Shown here piece by piece: positions 13,901 to 29,550 of a stretch of DNA of 64,000 bases. The stretch is from Balanoglossus misakiensis (lineage: Eukaryota; Animalia; Hemichordata): assembly GCA_040954595.2 (NCBI GenBank), contig CM082584.2, forward strand, positions 11,808,552 to 11,872,551, given 5' to 3'. The position numbers and the translations under genes are program-made. The notes under the pieces are model-generated. The model saw only the letters and a program-made list of their open reading frames with translations, searched no databases and was not told the DNA's origin. Position 1 is the stretch's first letter. Every line of letters starts with the position of its first letter.

Positions 13901-16900
13901 TTTGCTGTCCGCCAGTCGAAGTCATAAACTGTGAAATCAGCCCTGGATTCGCATTGGGAGTGACGCTTATAGTCTGAACACGTGGTACGAGATACCTTTC
14001 CAAAAACAGAGAGTCTGGCATAAAAAACACGGTAGTTTTGTTCTCGAGAAAAGTAGGCAAATCGATGCGCGTAGAGATAAAATGAAAATGAGACCGTTTT
14101 ATTCATAACGAGATTCCGATAGTCCATCAAGAAGGCATCGTCTGCAAGTGAAAACAACATCCAGTACAATGGCTTCTCCTGCAGAGGATCATGGGATATG
14201 TGGAGAGCTAGGACCTGGGCAAGTCCGGACTCACAGAAGAATTTTGAAGAGAAACAGAGGAAATATCAGTTTGCGACGCGATGTCACTGCTCCATGACTG
14301 AGTGTTGACTGCCGGGTGAGAGTGTAAAGCGACTGGGTGGGCCCCGCTCAGCGGCAAACCTTGCCTTATTAATGGAGAGTAACAGTTGAGAGTGGCGAGC
14401 TCGGGAGACGTGTTTTGCTGCCATCGCCCGGGCCGGCGCTATTGTTGTTTTAACCAATGCCAGTAGTGGCGGGCAATCTGTCAAGTCGGAATTTGATTGA
14501 GATGTCCCAGTTGTCGCCACCTGGGTACAGATGAAGCAAGAAGAAAAGAGAACCGCGCGTGCGCTAGCAAGCCAATACAGACACCAGTTACCCCGAACAA
14601 AAAGTCGTCAGTTGAATGTTGTTTTTTGAAGCCGAGTTTGACGCGGTCTACATCTCACTCCCGGTGAACAATTCCTCGCATAGCGCAGTCCCACCACCGA
14701 GTGAGATCGCCAACTCTGTGGGTTCCTGCGCCAAACGATATGTTTATATCTCTGCTTGTGTATCGAACTAATTGCGTGCCCCCGTCCGGTAATTGACCCG
14801 ACCAGCGACACCCGGACATTATTGCATTTTCCTAGCAGTGGTCGACGCCGCCGCAGTAGCATTTTCCCTTTTAAAATAACGGCTTCCCGGGTCTCAGGCA
14901 AGACCTGAAGGCGAGAAACGTTTAAACTGGCTCCTCGTGTGTCAGTCTGCCCCGTATCTGATTCCGCTAACCAAGCAACCCGATAATTTAGGAGAATGAT
15001 GTTTGACAACACCAACGCTTTGGTGTACATTGGTTGGAACTCTCTCAGTGAGGGACTCAACAAAAATTATGAGGTGGAAGTATTCATGCGTTAGACTTGT
15101 CCAAAATTGAACACCGGTTGCATGGTGGGGAAGACGCGTTGCACCTGGACAATTTCACAAATTTTCGGTGAAATGGGCTACGGGGCGATGTTGTTGTCCG
15201 TCGCACTGGATCTTTTACCACCCCCTCAATCGAGAGCACTAGACTTCAACAATCAGCGAAACTGTTTCAGTGTTTTTTTGTAACGTTCCCTGAGCGACAA
15301 ACCTTTTGCGCTTTATTCTCAACTGCCACAGAAAAAAATGTGCCTCCCCCAGAGAAACGCGCACAATCACATTACTCCGAGCTTGACGTGGTAGGACTCG
15401 GAGACAGTAACAGTCTACTAAGGATTTGACAAAGAAACTCGTTATATGGAATGTCGGCATTGTTAGGACAGAAATACTTGCACCAAACACAAATTAGTAG
15501 AAAAAGTCCCTCCCAAAGAAAACCAATTCAAAACCACAAGGGGTTCAAAGGTCACACTGGCCACATACCAACTCTCTTTTGTTTTGCATCACTTGCTAAA
15601 TCGTACGTCACTCTTGCAATCATCACAAACAGAAAGTCGAAGAAGGAAACCAGCGCCCATCATGATTGCCTGTCTGTATAACTGTAATTATCCTGCACAC
15701 GAGCAAATTGGCCAACAATGCTTTTAGAAAGAATAGATGTAACTTTGGTATCTTTTTCAGCAGCACGCATAAGTTTTGTCGCATGTATCGCGAATATATT
15801 ATTTCATTGTTCTAACTAATCCCCCAACATGTCAAAACAACGAAACAAATTTGCGCATAATTTTTATTGTCATTTTTTTCTGTTAACTCCATTCAGGCAC
15901 AGTCGTAAACATGTTTTGGTAACATATTGTTACATATTCTATGCTACCTCTAATTGTAGATGGGACAATGCTTCCGACAAATTGAGCATACTTTGGACGC
16001 CATTTGGATTGAAAACAAGAACATTTCGTCACGATCCCTGCCTTTTGTCGCCATCTAATTTAAATAACCGACACAAAACTTCATAGCTCGGGCACAATTA
16101 GCGTCCTTTTTATTGTCGAGACAAAAATACCATTCCTTCAAAAGGCATTGCTCTCGACATTTGTTATTAATTTTCAATGAAAAGGGTGTAATATTGATGA
16201 GGCGGAACGTGCCAGTACTAATATTTCTCCGCATTCTATAAAAGAAATTGAATGGGTTAGGTAATGACACGACCCGTTTCTATTCTTTACTGCGTTAGTG
16301 TAACATTCCAGCGTTTAATTGTTGTTAATTTGGGCATGTTGAAATGATCCGGTCCGTGTGCAGCAAACACTTGTGTGCGGCGATGAAATATTGGTTTGGG
16401 CTGGTCGTGGATTTGAAAAAGCTTCGGCTATACCGTCACGGTCCCCTTCGAAGGTTAAGATGAAGATAGGGCGCAGGATTGCCGGGAATTCTTTCAGATT
16501 TTAACACGTACATTTACATCATGACATTGTAAAACACGAAAGAGAAAAATGCAGAAATGTTAAAAGGTGCTTGGTAATTGTTTGTCTTGTTGACACAGCG
16601 ACCTCCAAGGTAATCACAACAGCGTATACCTGTGCGTGTTTCTGTTTTGTGAGGATGCATATCTTTGTGTGTATGCTAGGTATATGAAATGGGGCCTGCG
16701 TTCTTCTGTTTCTCTGCCGAGGCGTGGTTTCTGCATGCCCGCTCGCGCTCCCCTCAGCGCCTGGTCTTTGCACTAGCTCAAAGTCTGGAGTATCACGTCA
16801 CACAGGGCACAGTCATCAATAGGTGCTTATGCTCTCGATGGAACACAGTGGTTGTTTCTTGAGCCGGGGCAGGTGTTTCATTTTATGTTTCAACTTCAAC

Positions 16901-19446
16901 AGCGCCACTTGACGCTCTCTGCGCCGCCGTTTTATGATCCCACAAGTAGCCGTTCGGGTGGAGGCAACCTTGGAGACACCGACTCACCTCTGAGATCATA
17001 GACAAATCGTGATCGAGACGCACAAAATAACAAAACAATTTCGAGACTCTGGAAAGTGAAATCTCCAAGAGCTGGGGGTTTCACCCGAAAGAAACCAGGT
17101 TACCCCAGCTGCGTATACAGACCCAGACTTCCTTTTGTAGCGTGTTTGCATTTCAAACCTACTGACAAAAATCCAACCGGCGTTGAAATGTTCGAACAAT
17201 CGTCCCTCAGCTCACAATTGACGATGTAGCGAAACTTATTCACTGCATTTCGCAGTCAGTTGGTTTCCCCGCTTGACCTGACGCTGAAAGCACCTCCGGG
17301 CGACATTTTTCCCCCTCGGCCGTTTTGGCTCCTGTTTCGCTCTCTCACCTGCCTCCGTGCCCGTGTGGTCTCTGGTGATGATGTAAACGTTCAATTTATC
17401 TTCCAGCAAAAATGCACATTCAACTTATAAAGAAGTTTCCCAAAGTTGCCTCAAATGTGACGAGATGACGCTGGTTAAAGCTGGTCTATTAGTTCCTCTT
17501 TTAGTCTATTAAATGTGAATAGATACTTAACCCCATGCTCGGTATATGTCGTTGTTGATATATGTTAACTTAATTTAGTGACTGTAAACCATATATACCC
17601 CACCGATACATAAAGTGTTCAAATTGTTTACGCCCCTCCAATAGTACTTTAGCGTTATTAAGGGTGGGCAATATTGAAAGTACACACTATATTAAAATGC
17701 TGATATTGGTTAGAAATTGATTCTAATTATATGAAAATTAAAGGCGTGTGTGAAGCGTACGGCAAAAAAGGGCGCGAGACGCCATGTGGTCAAACAACAG
17801 CAGCAGTGTGGACGCGTCAGAGACAGCTAATTAAAAGTGTTGGTTCACTCCGCGAGGTACTCCAAATCTTGTGTCCTCACCTCCCTTGCCGCCTGGTCAA
17901 GATCGTGTGGTTTCTAAGCGAGTGTCGCCTTGTTGCTACAGTAAAAATCAAAGAAAGCGGCGCTGGCAAAGCCGGTCCATTCACCGAGTCACGCAAACCA
18001 GTGCTTGGGTTCTCTTTGGTTTTCCCAAGAAAAGTTGACTTTAGAGTCTCTGTGTTTAATAGGCGGAGAACAATGGCGAACCTGGCTTGGGCTCTTCTGT
18101 GGGTTCCGATCCCCAACACAAACAGTATACAAGTGTTCAAAAACTTGAGTGTTTGAGGTTCGTAGAGGGCAGAGGGAAAGAGAGAAGGAAAGAAAAGAGA
18201 GAACAGAGACTGCGCACTGTTGTGTCAAGTACACAAGTGCACGATGCGAATGCTTGAGTTTCCCATTGTGTTCGGGAAACCAAAAACGAAACGTGGAGCG
18301 GTACAAGTAGCGTTCTGACGAGTGGGAGAACCATTGTCGCCGGGGGTTCAATATTTACCCCCCAAATATCCACAACGTGGCGGTGTCCCGACACAGCCAC
18401 AAACGCATGATCGTTACGTGCCAGGAATGGAATCAAGACTTCGGTGAAGAAATATGATTTCAAGACCCTTCTGTGGAATCAGTCACCTGAGAAAAAAACC
18501 ACTGACCGAGAAACTTTAACAGTGACAAACCCTGCGAAGATGCCGTAATAAGAAACATAATTTTGTATTTTAAAAAGAAAGAAATTAACGCACCAGTAGT
18601 TAGCTTCTACTGGTGTTCATGTCTGCAAGTCTGTGGTCACTGAAGCGGTTAGTATGTAGGCCTACTGGTCCACAATTTGTTGCACGGGCCTTCAAATCAC
18701 AGTGAATGAACGAATGAATCATGTTCATGTTTTTTGCACATTGCAATACCAACACTCTTTCACCACCATGGTTTGAAACTTACGGTACTCAAAATATATA
18801 TCGAGGTGAGAGAGTCTGTGACCCCGTAGTTTTTTCTGTATAAACACTGGAAGAACTTGGCAGACATGTGTTAAAATTACAGAGCTATTGTTTTGTCACA
18901 TGTGGGTCGATGTGCGTCATGTGACGTTCTGCCCAGCGATGCTGGAGAACACCATGATCGCAGCAAATATTTCACCGGCGTCGATCTACGCGGCGCAACG
19001 TTGTGGGTCGCGGTTTATCGCTGCCATCGCTTCGTCAGCTGACGTGTTGTTTCTAGCGACTACGCCGAGGCCAAATTTAGCCTCCGGTATTTACAGATAT
19101 TCTCCGTGGAACAGCGGGATGCTCCCGACCTCGCGAGGACAGGCAGTTGGATCGGGAAACCCGGCACTTGGTAGAGTCGCAAGAAACATCAATTTCTGAC
19201 AAGGAAAACACTATTCCCCGCATGTTCTAATAACAAACGGACGTAACACGCTGATAAAGCGTTCGGGTGATCTGTATCTCGGTCAGAAATGGACACAGCG
19301 GGTTTAAGCTGGCTTTATGGGATAATATTTTTTCTTTGTTGAGATGTCAAAACGTATCATGCCCCGCTGAATAAGACGTGATAGGACGTCAGCGAGTGTC
19401 AGAGTCCGGTATGCCTGAAATTTGGGCAAATGTTGCCAAGATCGCG

Positions 19447-19527
<81 letters not shown>

Positions 19528-19652
19528 TACCACCCCATCTACCACCACCACCTACCACCACCACCACCACCACCACCACCACCACCACCACCACCACCAC
19601 CACCACCACCACCACCACCACCACCACCACCACCACCACCATCATCATCATC
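19447..19652. repeat. Compound microsatellite: (ATC)27, then an (ACC)n tract, then (ATC)4
   Basis: Read directly: ATC units at 19447-19527, a degenerate junction, ACC units to about 19640, then ATC again. This explains the poly-H/I/S/T/P/V/G ORFs in the track. Confidence 0.97.
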
Positions 19653-22600
19653 GTCCATCCGCAGCCCGTTGTACCCATACCTTTCATTGATGACTCCCTC
19701 GCCTTGAAACTTTGCCAAAGCAATTAGTAACAAGTTTGTTATCAACTTGTATGGCCAAGAGAGTAGAGGTGCATTGTCTGCCGCGGCACCATGGTGGGTC
19801 CAAACCTCCACTCCAAGCCAAACACCTCGCAGGCGTTCAATTCACCGAATTGCACAACAAACTTCGCGCTTAGAAACCCATGTTTTCATTCAGATGTGGA
19901 CACAATTTCACTCCTTCTTTAAATACTGGCATTTCTTTGTTCTGTTTTCGTTTCCCTCCCAGAGACCATTCAAACTTTCCTATTTAGTGCCAACTGTGTG
20001 TGCAGTTTTTCTGCTACAGGTTTGTTTTCTTTGCTTTATTGACGTTTTTCTTGCCGCGACTCTCGCTATTTGATTCCGTTTTATTCTCCTATTAGTAGGG
20101 TCAAAGTGGGCCGATACCAGCTATAGTCTGCGCAATTTGTTTTTTGGACAAGTCCCGCGGTAACGCGGTCGCCGTATTGTTTGTTTTGCAGTTGAAAAAA
20201 TAGTCAGTGAAGAGAAGGGAAAATTACAAAATGATTGGCACGAACATGACAAAGGACATAGCTAAGTCAGGCTCGGGGCAAGACTGCAATTTTAAACAGT
20301 AAAGTTTAATTGTGTCTCGAAGACACTGGGAGTTCAGACTACACGAACTACGGTGTATGGCGCGCACCTAAAGCGAAGTAAATGAGTATAGTGGAACAGC
20401 GGATGGAATTTGCTCGAACTGAAACGTTCTTGGGCGAATTCCAAATTAAAGAGACAAATATATAGAAAGGCGTTCAGTTTAGCGGATTCACTGTTGCAGA
20501 AATTATGTGGCTTAAGGTGGGCAGTTATTTTTGTCTGTAAGAGGCAGTAGACAAACATATCGAATACAGAGTTCCAAAGCAGTGCTAAGAATTCCTGGTC
20601 ACGCTCGATTTTGGAATATCTGATCTCTGTGTGTTTGGCGTGTCATAACACACCCAAGATACTGTTTAAACGCCTGATTTCTAAAAAGCAGAGGAGGAGA
20701 AAGCTCAGACATAACCGACCAGGCTGTATGTTTGTGAGACTAGCTCGCCCGTTGACTATAGAAGAAAACTCCGTGCAGCGCCCAGCGATTGTGGGGCGGG
20801 ATCACAGCTGGCTGTGTCCGACCATGTCTTTCGTCACATCATTGGACAGGTACACCTGTGTCGACTTTATGTGTAGTGTTTCTGTTTCAATCGTTCCGAA
20901 TTAGAAAACAACTCTCCAGCCTGTCCTCAAAATCCCACCTCTTTCTTATGTAAATAGAGACCTGAGTCGAACCTGTAGTGTTTTGCTCAGTACATATATA
21001 AGAACCGGTGGCGGGGATGGTACGTGTCGGCGACTATGCTTCTAATCGCTCCCATTGTGTCCCAAGTAACTTTTGTGTAGTTGCCCCCCGAGTGTTGACA
21101 AAGATTCTTAACCTCTTCATCGGCACCCTTTGCTGTTTCTCTCCTCATTAGCATCGTCTTAAGACAAGTGGCCCAACCAAAGTGGCTATGTTGGAGTGTC
21201 TGACTATTGGGTTTCATCCCCGGATGGGCCACTCGTAGGTAAAACACTGTAGACATAATCCAGCGCAGAAGTGGCTTAAACCAGGCAACACCCATCTCAC
21301 ACACACCCATCCTACTGTCAACATTGTCGTGCCCGTGTTTTTCGCCACCGATGGTGACTCAAGCCGCATACTTAGTCTTTAATTAAAATATTACCTTACA
21401 CCGTTTCTTTTTCGCGACCAGGGTTGAGTGATCGAAAGCGAGGAAAAATACTGTATCACTCTAAACATGTCACGAATGTTCCGCGCGCGCATAGCGTGAA
21501 GACATGAATAGCCGGCGCTCTCCGGTCAGTTGGCAATACGGCGTCACCAGCTCTTCCCGCGATAATAGCACTCTTGTGTCTGCTCTACAAGCGTGTAAAG
21601 GGGGCTGTTACTGTACTGCAGAAGAAATGACCTGTGACCCCGGTATGGTCATGTTTTACTAGCCGACACTCCTTGGGAAGACTACCGCTGTCCTCGCCGC
21701 GCTCCCACGTCCAGAGTTACACCGACTGTAGTGTCAAGTCAGCGCGTAATACGGGTGGGTGCAACCACTTCCCTGTCTACTTACTGTCTCTTACACGTCA
21801 AGTACTTGGCGTAAATATTTTCAAACTTGTCGGCGAGTCAAAATATGTTCCACCAAAACAATATTATATAGCGCCCCCACGACTCGTTCTAAGGCGGTTT
21901 CATATTTAGGGAAAGTCGTCATCTCAGGCCAGCCTCGCTACTGTGCTACGCATAGAAGGAACATTTTCCATCTGTGGTTTTCAAAATACCTTTCAATCAT
22001 CAGGTGACACGTGTCCAATTTTGATAGTGTTACAACACCGGTTACCACCCTAAACACAAGTCACTTTTCGTCGCCACAATGAAAACGAAAACCAGACTTA
22101 TTTCCGCCCCCCCTTCTCCCCACAAAACCAGAGTCTTGGTTTTGGAAGGGAGGGTTACAAAGAGACATATCTGGGGTATTGCGTTGACAAAGTGGCGAGG
22201 TCGTTGAGAGACTCGACGACATCAGCCTCACAGGTGGGAATTTGACCCGAAAATTTCGGTTCACTGATATTTACTTATTTGTCTAGTTAGCTTTCGGGTT
22301 AAAGTATCCGCCATTGTGTTCGTTTGTTGTTGTTTTGTCGAATAGGCTTGTACAAAGTCATCTCAGGCTGTAGACTGCTTAAATTATGAAATAAGATAAG
22401 GCTATAGGCTTGTGACGAGTGCCGTACGCGCAGGCTCGTTCAGGACTGGTAGTTCTCGTCCCTGAGTAACCGTAATAAATAAAATTGTACAAACGTTGGT
22501 GGGTTTGACCACGCGTTGACAATCGCTGGACACAGGCGAACCCCCCGGGGCAACAAATCACAACAGTAGCGAGTGAGTTGGACCCCCATGGGAGCTCTTT

Positions 22601-25600
22601 TGAGGTGTCCCCCACAAACGCCTTGTGGTGTTATCTTAAGTCTTAAAGAAAGTCCCACATGAGAATACCCGCCAAATTAGATGACGAATTCGTGGAATGT
22701 TTGAAGAAAAGACGGGGAAATTGCACCTGTGAACAAGGGTTGTTTGTGGCCACAACTGGACAGAAACTTGTTTCACGGTAACGTCAACGATGAAAATATG
22801 AAGGATGGTGTTTGTTTGTTTGTTTGTTTGTTTTTGTTTTTTTTTTTTGGGGGGGGGGGTCCGAAGCCGTCGGATAAACTCTGAAAACAAGTTGCAACTT
22901 TCCCTAACTCCCAAGTGCCCCCGCGCAGAGCAAGAGCACAGCGCCCCTTACGACATTCATGGTTTGCCTGACGAATTTTGTGAGATATGTCAAGTAATGA
23001 TGTGACATGGTCGAAGAACTGTACCCCGGGAAAAGACAAATTCTTTAATCCCATTGGTGACTTTCTGGCCTCATTAAGTTTGATGTAATGTAGTCAATCA
23101 CGACATAGATTAAAAGATTGGGAAAGATTAGGTACCAACTCATTTGGAAAACGAACAAAACATTTTACGTCACCGGTGATCGTCTGCCGAACTTTCAACA
23201 AATCTTTGACACTTGTGTGTTTAAGTGCACTCAGGTGTGTGGTGTGTTCGCGCGTTTGTGGCGCTCAAAAATGCCAGTGAAAGACCCGTGATTTTTTAGC
23301 ACCGTTCTGATTTTCGCACATATCTTTGAAATCCAAAAGACACTGGAAAACCGCAAACGATACCCCCACCCCCTAAAAATGGGGGAAAATAAGCTTTAAT
23401 ACGAACAGTGATGAAAGAGATGGATTCGCCAGAAAATACCGATACCGCTGAATTGCAGAAAAGAAAGCGCCCAGGAAGTGAGCACGTCACAATGTTTGCA
23501 GAAATAGTATTTCTCTGCTCGGATGGGTTTCTATAGAAACGAAATGGAGCAAAGGAGCGAACAGGCCACAGCTGAGTAGAAGTTCTGTTTGCACAGAGAG
23601 GGCGGCCGTGTAATGCTCTGCAAAAATCGCTCGCCTCTAAGTGAATACATCCGGAAAGTGTACTCTTAGCTGTAAATTGCGCGGCATACATGTCACTGTA
23701 ATATGTGAGACCATTTTCTAAACTAGAGGTCAAGCTCCGTGAAATCCGATATTCTCATAACATGGGAGAAAACGGGAGAAGACTTCGCGGCCTCGATATT
23801 ACCGTTTTTCTGTTGGCTTGGTTTGGAAAGCAAGTGACAGTAATCAAGGGCCGACTTTTTTTATTGTTTTGTAAAACAAAAAAGGGGCTTAATTCGGTTC
23901 CTCGAAATCTTCTCTTCTCTAGGAGCGCTGTGAAGAGAGACAGATTCACAATTGTCGTCTGGTGGACAGCGACATCTTACGTGAGAACCTCCCCGCCCAT
24001 CAATCCGAATGCACAAGGCGAGACACAGTAAGACTTGACTACAGTAATTGGTTTGCTTTGTTTTTACTTTCCAGGTCGGTGGCTTCGTGAGGAGCTCGGA
24101 ATTCGCCGAGAAGGCTTTCACTTGAGACAAGCGTGGGGGCGTTCCTTGTCTCGCAGAAGGCATCGACTCTGGAATTCAGTTCTATTGGAAATTGGCCAAG
24201 CCTCAAACTCTGACTGGATACAGAGATAAACTCCGGTTCTCTTTTGTCTTTTGAATGGAGGAGGCTCAGGGCGCCCGTGGGCCGTAAACTGTGCGGTGGT
24301 GCAAGTTTTGTCACGCCACGCAAACATTCTAATGGATATTTCTGACGAGATTTCCCGATAAAAGCGAGAGATCCCACTCGAAAACTCTCAGTTTTGGTTC
24401 AAATCGGACATTGCAAAACCACGGCGCACTAACAAGAAAAATCTCTCTCCGTTGCGAAAACAACAAACTTGGCCAGCCAGTGCGCGCGCACAAAAGAATA
24501 CTTCCAGCTTCATTAAATCCAAAGGCGCGGCAGAAATTCGGTGCAAAACACTCGCAACTATGTCTGCATTTTAGGAGTGAACAAAAGCCGTTACAGTCCC
24601 TGTACCTGGCCCCAGTCTGATGGCATTACTCGGTAATGTACTGGACTCGCCATGAATTGAAAATACGCAAAATGCGTGAAATAGCTCAGCGCCTTTTTTC
24701 ACCCTGTTTTTCTTGTTGTCTTGGCGACTGGTAGACTAGGGTTCCACGGCTGTGCTTTTCCCATGAAAACATTTGTTTTTCAATTCGAAGAAATTGCTCC
24801 TGGTGGATGTTATCTCTTTTGCGAGTTGTAAGCAACTTCAAACATCTCAAAGGAGCGAACTAGTCAACCTTTGTGACATTTATCGTTGAGAGTTTATGAG
24901 TGTGTTCTGAGTGAGAAGTAATTTGTGTCATCTGCACGCTTCAACACATCGAAGGTGTCAGACAGCACAGTTACCGACGTGACGTAATTTCGGTCCGCAC
25001 CAGAAATCATGGCGAGTGCACGTGTCGCCAGTTCTAATAATTCAGTAATTTTGTTGTGTAAGCGCATACTTGTAGATATATTTGTGACTGTCCATAGTTC
25101 TCATACACTGTATACACAACGAGTACCTGCATGTATCCTGGGATTATACCAATTCTTTCAGTGAGGAGAGCGCCACCATAATAGAAACAAAAAGACAGTA
25201 TCACGGCTGTCGTTGGAGACGCTGTGGTGCATTCTGTCGTGGTACAGAATCCCGAGCATCCATGTAACTTTAGAAGCTGAGAGAGACGTGTGTGAACGAC
25301 ACCACATAATTAAAACCTTGAAAATGAATATCGCGATGTTTAAATGATGGATTCTGTCATCACTCAATTATTTGAGAATATCAGTAATCACCACCGACGG
25401 CGAAAGATACTTTTATCTGTTCGACCCCGAGAAGCTAACGACGGCACCGGACCTGAAATCTGAATATGATCGACAGGGAAACCGTAGATGCTGCCTGCAC
25501 GTATGGTCATAATTTTGGATTCCTGTCACTTCGAGTGTCAATCGGAGGTCACGTCTTTGTTTCTATGTCCTCAATTAGAAACAGTGGTCAGAACGTGAAG

Positions 25601-28600
25601 AAATGAAAAGCCTATAAACCAGAGACCAAAATTTGATAGTTTAATTGATTGGTCCGCCACCCGTGAAATCGTATTCAATGATTGTAATGGTGTGGCGATG
25701 GGCAAACGAGCAATCAAGTTCCGCCAACTCTTCATATAAGTTCTATTTTCTTGAAGACGATTGGCAGAAAATTGAAACAAGAACGACAACACCAGAGGGA
25801 CCCTCTCGCGTTATTTATTATCCTGTTGTGTTTCCCGGTATCGCGGCAATGTGCAGTGTCTTCCTGCCTGATTAATTATCGCCCTTTGTCGTCGGTATTT
25901 CTCTGAGAACAGCTGCTTTGCACTGACAAGGGATTGGGAGTCTCTGTACGAAGGGGGTGTTAAGGGCTCTGCCGACGGCGACTGATCAGAAAAAAGCACA
26001 CGAACAAACCAACAGACAAACAATTCCGATAGATAACCTATATGATATTTGTTTCAAGTGTTTGTTTTACGGTGGCAAGTTTGTACAGAAATTGTAAATA
26101 CTATACGAACTGTCACTCCACATATCAGTACAAATTAAACACACCACTTACAGTTTTATAGTGGTTATGTCCTTAACCCGTCCACTGTGCCTGATTTCAT
26201 CTCAAAAGCGCTGAACAGTGACACGGTTGAAACGTTTCCTTTGATTTTGTTTCAGAAAATATGCGAAGGTATTATTTATTATTGTTAGTCTTTTTAATTT
26301 AATTGTGACCTCGGGGTCAAGTGAATGTTGACACGCCGCGTATTAATATGGCGGGTATGACACTCCGGTGACTGATATGACGAGAGTTCGTGCGACGACT
26401 TGTGCGGCGTGGCTTGTCATTGCTCGACCCCAGAGTTGCCTTGATACCTGAGAACAAAAGCCTCCGGCGTTGTTTATTGGTTCTGTTGACAGATTCCGTC
26501 AAAAAGGAGGTAAAACGTTACATAGATTTGTCATATTAAAAATGATACATGTGCAGACCGGCGATGTGTGCGGGTTTTTTAGACAGGTGTGGTCTCCGAT
26601 AGCTGTGGCTTTTGAACGAGTGACACCGATTGGAAATTGAAAATAAAAAGGTCACCGAGGTGGACGGGGGAAACTTAAGCTGTCCACAATAATTACAAAG
26701 GACAACCTGTATAAAGGTGGCAGAGCTCAAATCGTGCGTTTTCGTTCTAGTTTTCGCTGCCAGGGTGCTCTCATCACTAATGAATATTCAGGTCACAAAC
26801 TGTAACAATAGACTTTGGAGCAATGCTAACAATAGCCATGAATATATTACCATATTACGCACTCATTAGGTATGCTGAGTCGTGCACCTGGGATCTCGTA
26901 TGAAAGGATTTTTCCACGCATGATTCTGGGAGAGACTGATACTGTAGCCTGTGGGACGCTTGGACGAGAGACTTCTACTGAACGCTGGTAAAACCATAAG
27001 CCGTGTGATTCTACCAGAGAGGAAACCGCCAGCAGTGTGATTCTACCCGGACTTGTGCCTGGACATTATCATTCTACAGCCAATCTGCAGACAGAGACTC
27101 TAACTCGGAGAAAGAACTTGAGCTCATCCGACAACACCTCGCCTCGTGACATTTTTAGTATCAAGTTTATTATGATGTACTGGAGTAATGAAGGTGAGTC
27201 TTGACTGAAAATTCGAATGTGCTTCACTTCCCCCCCCCCCCCCGTCTAACTATACAAAATGGCAAACGTTCGGAAAGTTCAAATTTCAAAGCCTCCAGCG
27301 CTGCGACTGTCAGTTCGTTAGGAAGATGGCCACGCGATGTACACTGTCGCCATATTCTCTCTTGCGGGCACATAGAAGCAACCAGAAAGATCAGATTGTC
27401 AGCCGCGTCTTCCGCTCAAGGTGTGAATCGCCCGGAAGCTTATGGTCAGCTGCGGCGCTGACTTATTGATATGAGCAAGCTCAAGCAACGCGCTGGTCTC
27501 CTTGGAAACCCAAATGAAAGTGACAGTCACACAGGGTGATGAGAACCCATCTCTGACATTTTGACAAAAGTTTTTTTGAAATATGAAACATGTTGCAACT
27601 TGCCGATGAGAAATTCACTTTCAGACTCGCCCAGTGAAATTAAATTTCAAAACATGAATTCTGAACAAGACCACAATGGCGATGTGTTGTGGCGATTTTT
27701 GTTTCCATAGTAAAACAAGTTCATTGACAAGGCTACTGTCTGTGGGACAAAACCCCAAGAAGAAGGTAAATTCTGTTCAAAGTTCAGGAGAAAGTTTTAA
27801 AGGCGAAATTGAGACACTTCATAGATTTGGTGCAAACAAACACATGGTCTGTTTGTTTTCGCCATCTCTCGGTGTGTGCGCCTTTTGTTCCGTAATTTAG
27901 TTGGTGTGGTGGCTAAAGAAACAACCATGTTTTCTTTTTAATCACTTTCCTAAACAAGTCAGTGAAAGGACTAGTCAGTTGTCTGCGCTGTTTGGGCACC
28001 GGTCACTTCCAACACGGACTCCCAAATCCATTAAAACTCGTGTAAATACGGCCAGGAAATAGCAACTTACACAAAAAGTCTCCCAAAGCAACGCTACACA
28101 ATGTATCGGATTTGTGTTGCCTTGCTCCAGGCGAGCCTCACTCCTTTTCTCTCGTCTGTGACGAAAAAAGGGCACTCCGGAACACGAGCAACGGCTTCTG
28201 AACTCGAAATCAGAATCGCGTGACTAAATGTACATTTTCACAGTCTCATAAGGGCTGATTTGGTAAAAATGAATATTTTCGTCAATTGCGACGGCCGACG
28301 ATTAGCATCCGTAAAACCTGGTCTGTCGTATACATGCCACGTTCTTTCTAATTTTTTTCCTCCAAATACATGAACGACAACCTGTCATGTCAGTGATTGA
28401 CAGTTATGTTATACGAGCGCGAAGATAACCACACCTGTTGTTCAAAGAATCCAGCCACACGCGCACGCATCTCGGCAATGCATGCCGGGAACTCGATTGG
28501 GTGGGACATAGGAAGTAATGGGCGTTACCGTCTCATTAATTGTCACGTTCGTTTTTGATGTACAAACACGACAATTTTTAAAAATAACAGACGAAGCAAA

Positions 28601-29200
28601 TATTTGCCTGAAGACCCCCGAATAGAGGGACAAATTAGCTGTTCTATCAGCTGCGCGTACCCATGCGAATGCCAATAATAGACAGTCAAGACCTGACGGG
28701 GGAAAATAACAAGCTTTTGCTATTTTGAAAACCCCACAGCCGTTGCTTTGAGGTTAGTAAGTCATTTTAAACGACCAAGGAAGCCAATGTGTGTCCTCAA
28801 ATTAGCTGGTATCGAATTTGACCTTGACCAGCTTCCCCGGAACAGAATTAGTCGCTGAACGTGAGGTGATTGAAGCTTAGAATGTTTGCAGCGGCCAACA
28901 CAGCCGCAGTGCCGAACAGCTGGAAAACAGCGCGTCGCAGGATGTCTGGCTTTATAAACACCAAAAAGTTATTTTAAAAGCTGATGGTCTGGTGAAGTAA
29001 TAAAAGACAATTTTTGAAATGTCTCCAAGTTTGAGGAGAGTTCGGTCGTTTAAGTGCGCGGATGATTGGCATTTTGTGTTAATCTGTCATTAACCGAGAG
29101 CATGAGCGCCTCCCCTATTTATGGTAGCCCATGCGAATTGTTACATCAACCCAAACTCTTTCATCGTGCCCATTTGTCAACAATTTTAACCGGTATTCCA

Positions 29201-29550
29201 CTGTGACGTCACAGCTGCGATGTGACAAATCACACGCCTAGTTTTGTGTGTACCCAAATTAACATCGCACCTGTCAATCATTTCCGCAAAGTCGACGTTC
29301 TCTGAAGACGTCACTGTCCAGTTGGTAATTTGACTGTCAGTCAATTTAGTTTTTGGAGTCTCAGTTTGCCTGACGTTCTACTTTTTGCCGAGAAATGTTT
29401 AATTCAATGATTTTATATTTTGAATTCTTACAGAAAACCATGGTGGTAGCCAAAGACTGGATGTGAGACAAACCACTAGGCAGGCAACCCCCAAGTGTTG
29501 ACAGCCAACAACTTGTGGCGAGCGGTATCGCTGTTGCTATTGACCAATCA
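29201..29550 (+). promoter_or_regulatory. Putative Dmrt93B proximal promoter/enhancer (CRE palindrome, PBX-MEIS decamer, CCAAT box)
   Basis: 14-bp palindrome CTGTGACGTCACAG at 29201-29214, CTGTCAATCA (reverse TGATTGACAG) at 29271-29280, GACGTCAC at about 29307 and GACCAATCAG at about 29542-29551. All lie within 600 bp upstream of the ATG. Confidence 0.5.

Noticed and set aside
19378-19811. Poly-I/H/S/T/P/V/G ORFs (also the poly-H/S/M/D ORFs at 38454-39049)
   Set aside because: They are translations of ATC/ACC microsatellites.
23705-24229. Possible spliced gene between the Dmrt genes (GTAAGA at about 24027, strong acceptor at 24074)
   Set aside because: The implied intron is only about 48 nt and the peptides resemble nothing I recognise. 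A lncRNA cannot be excluded but is unsupported.
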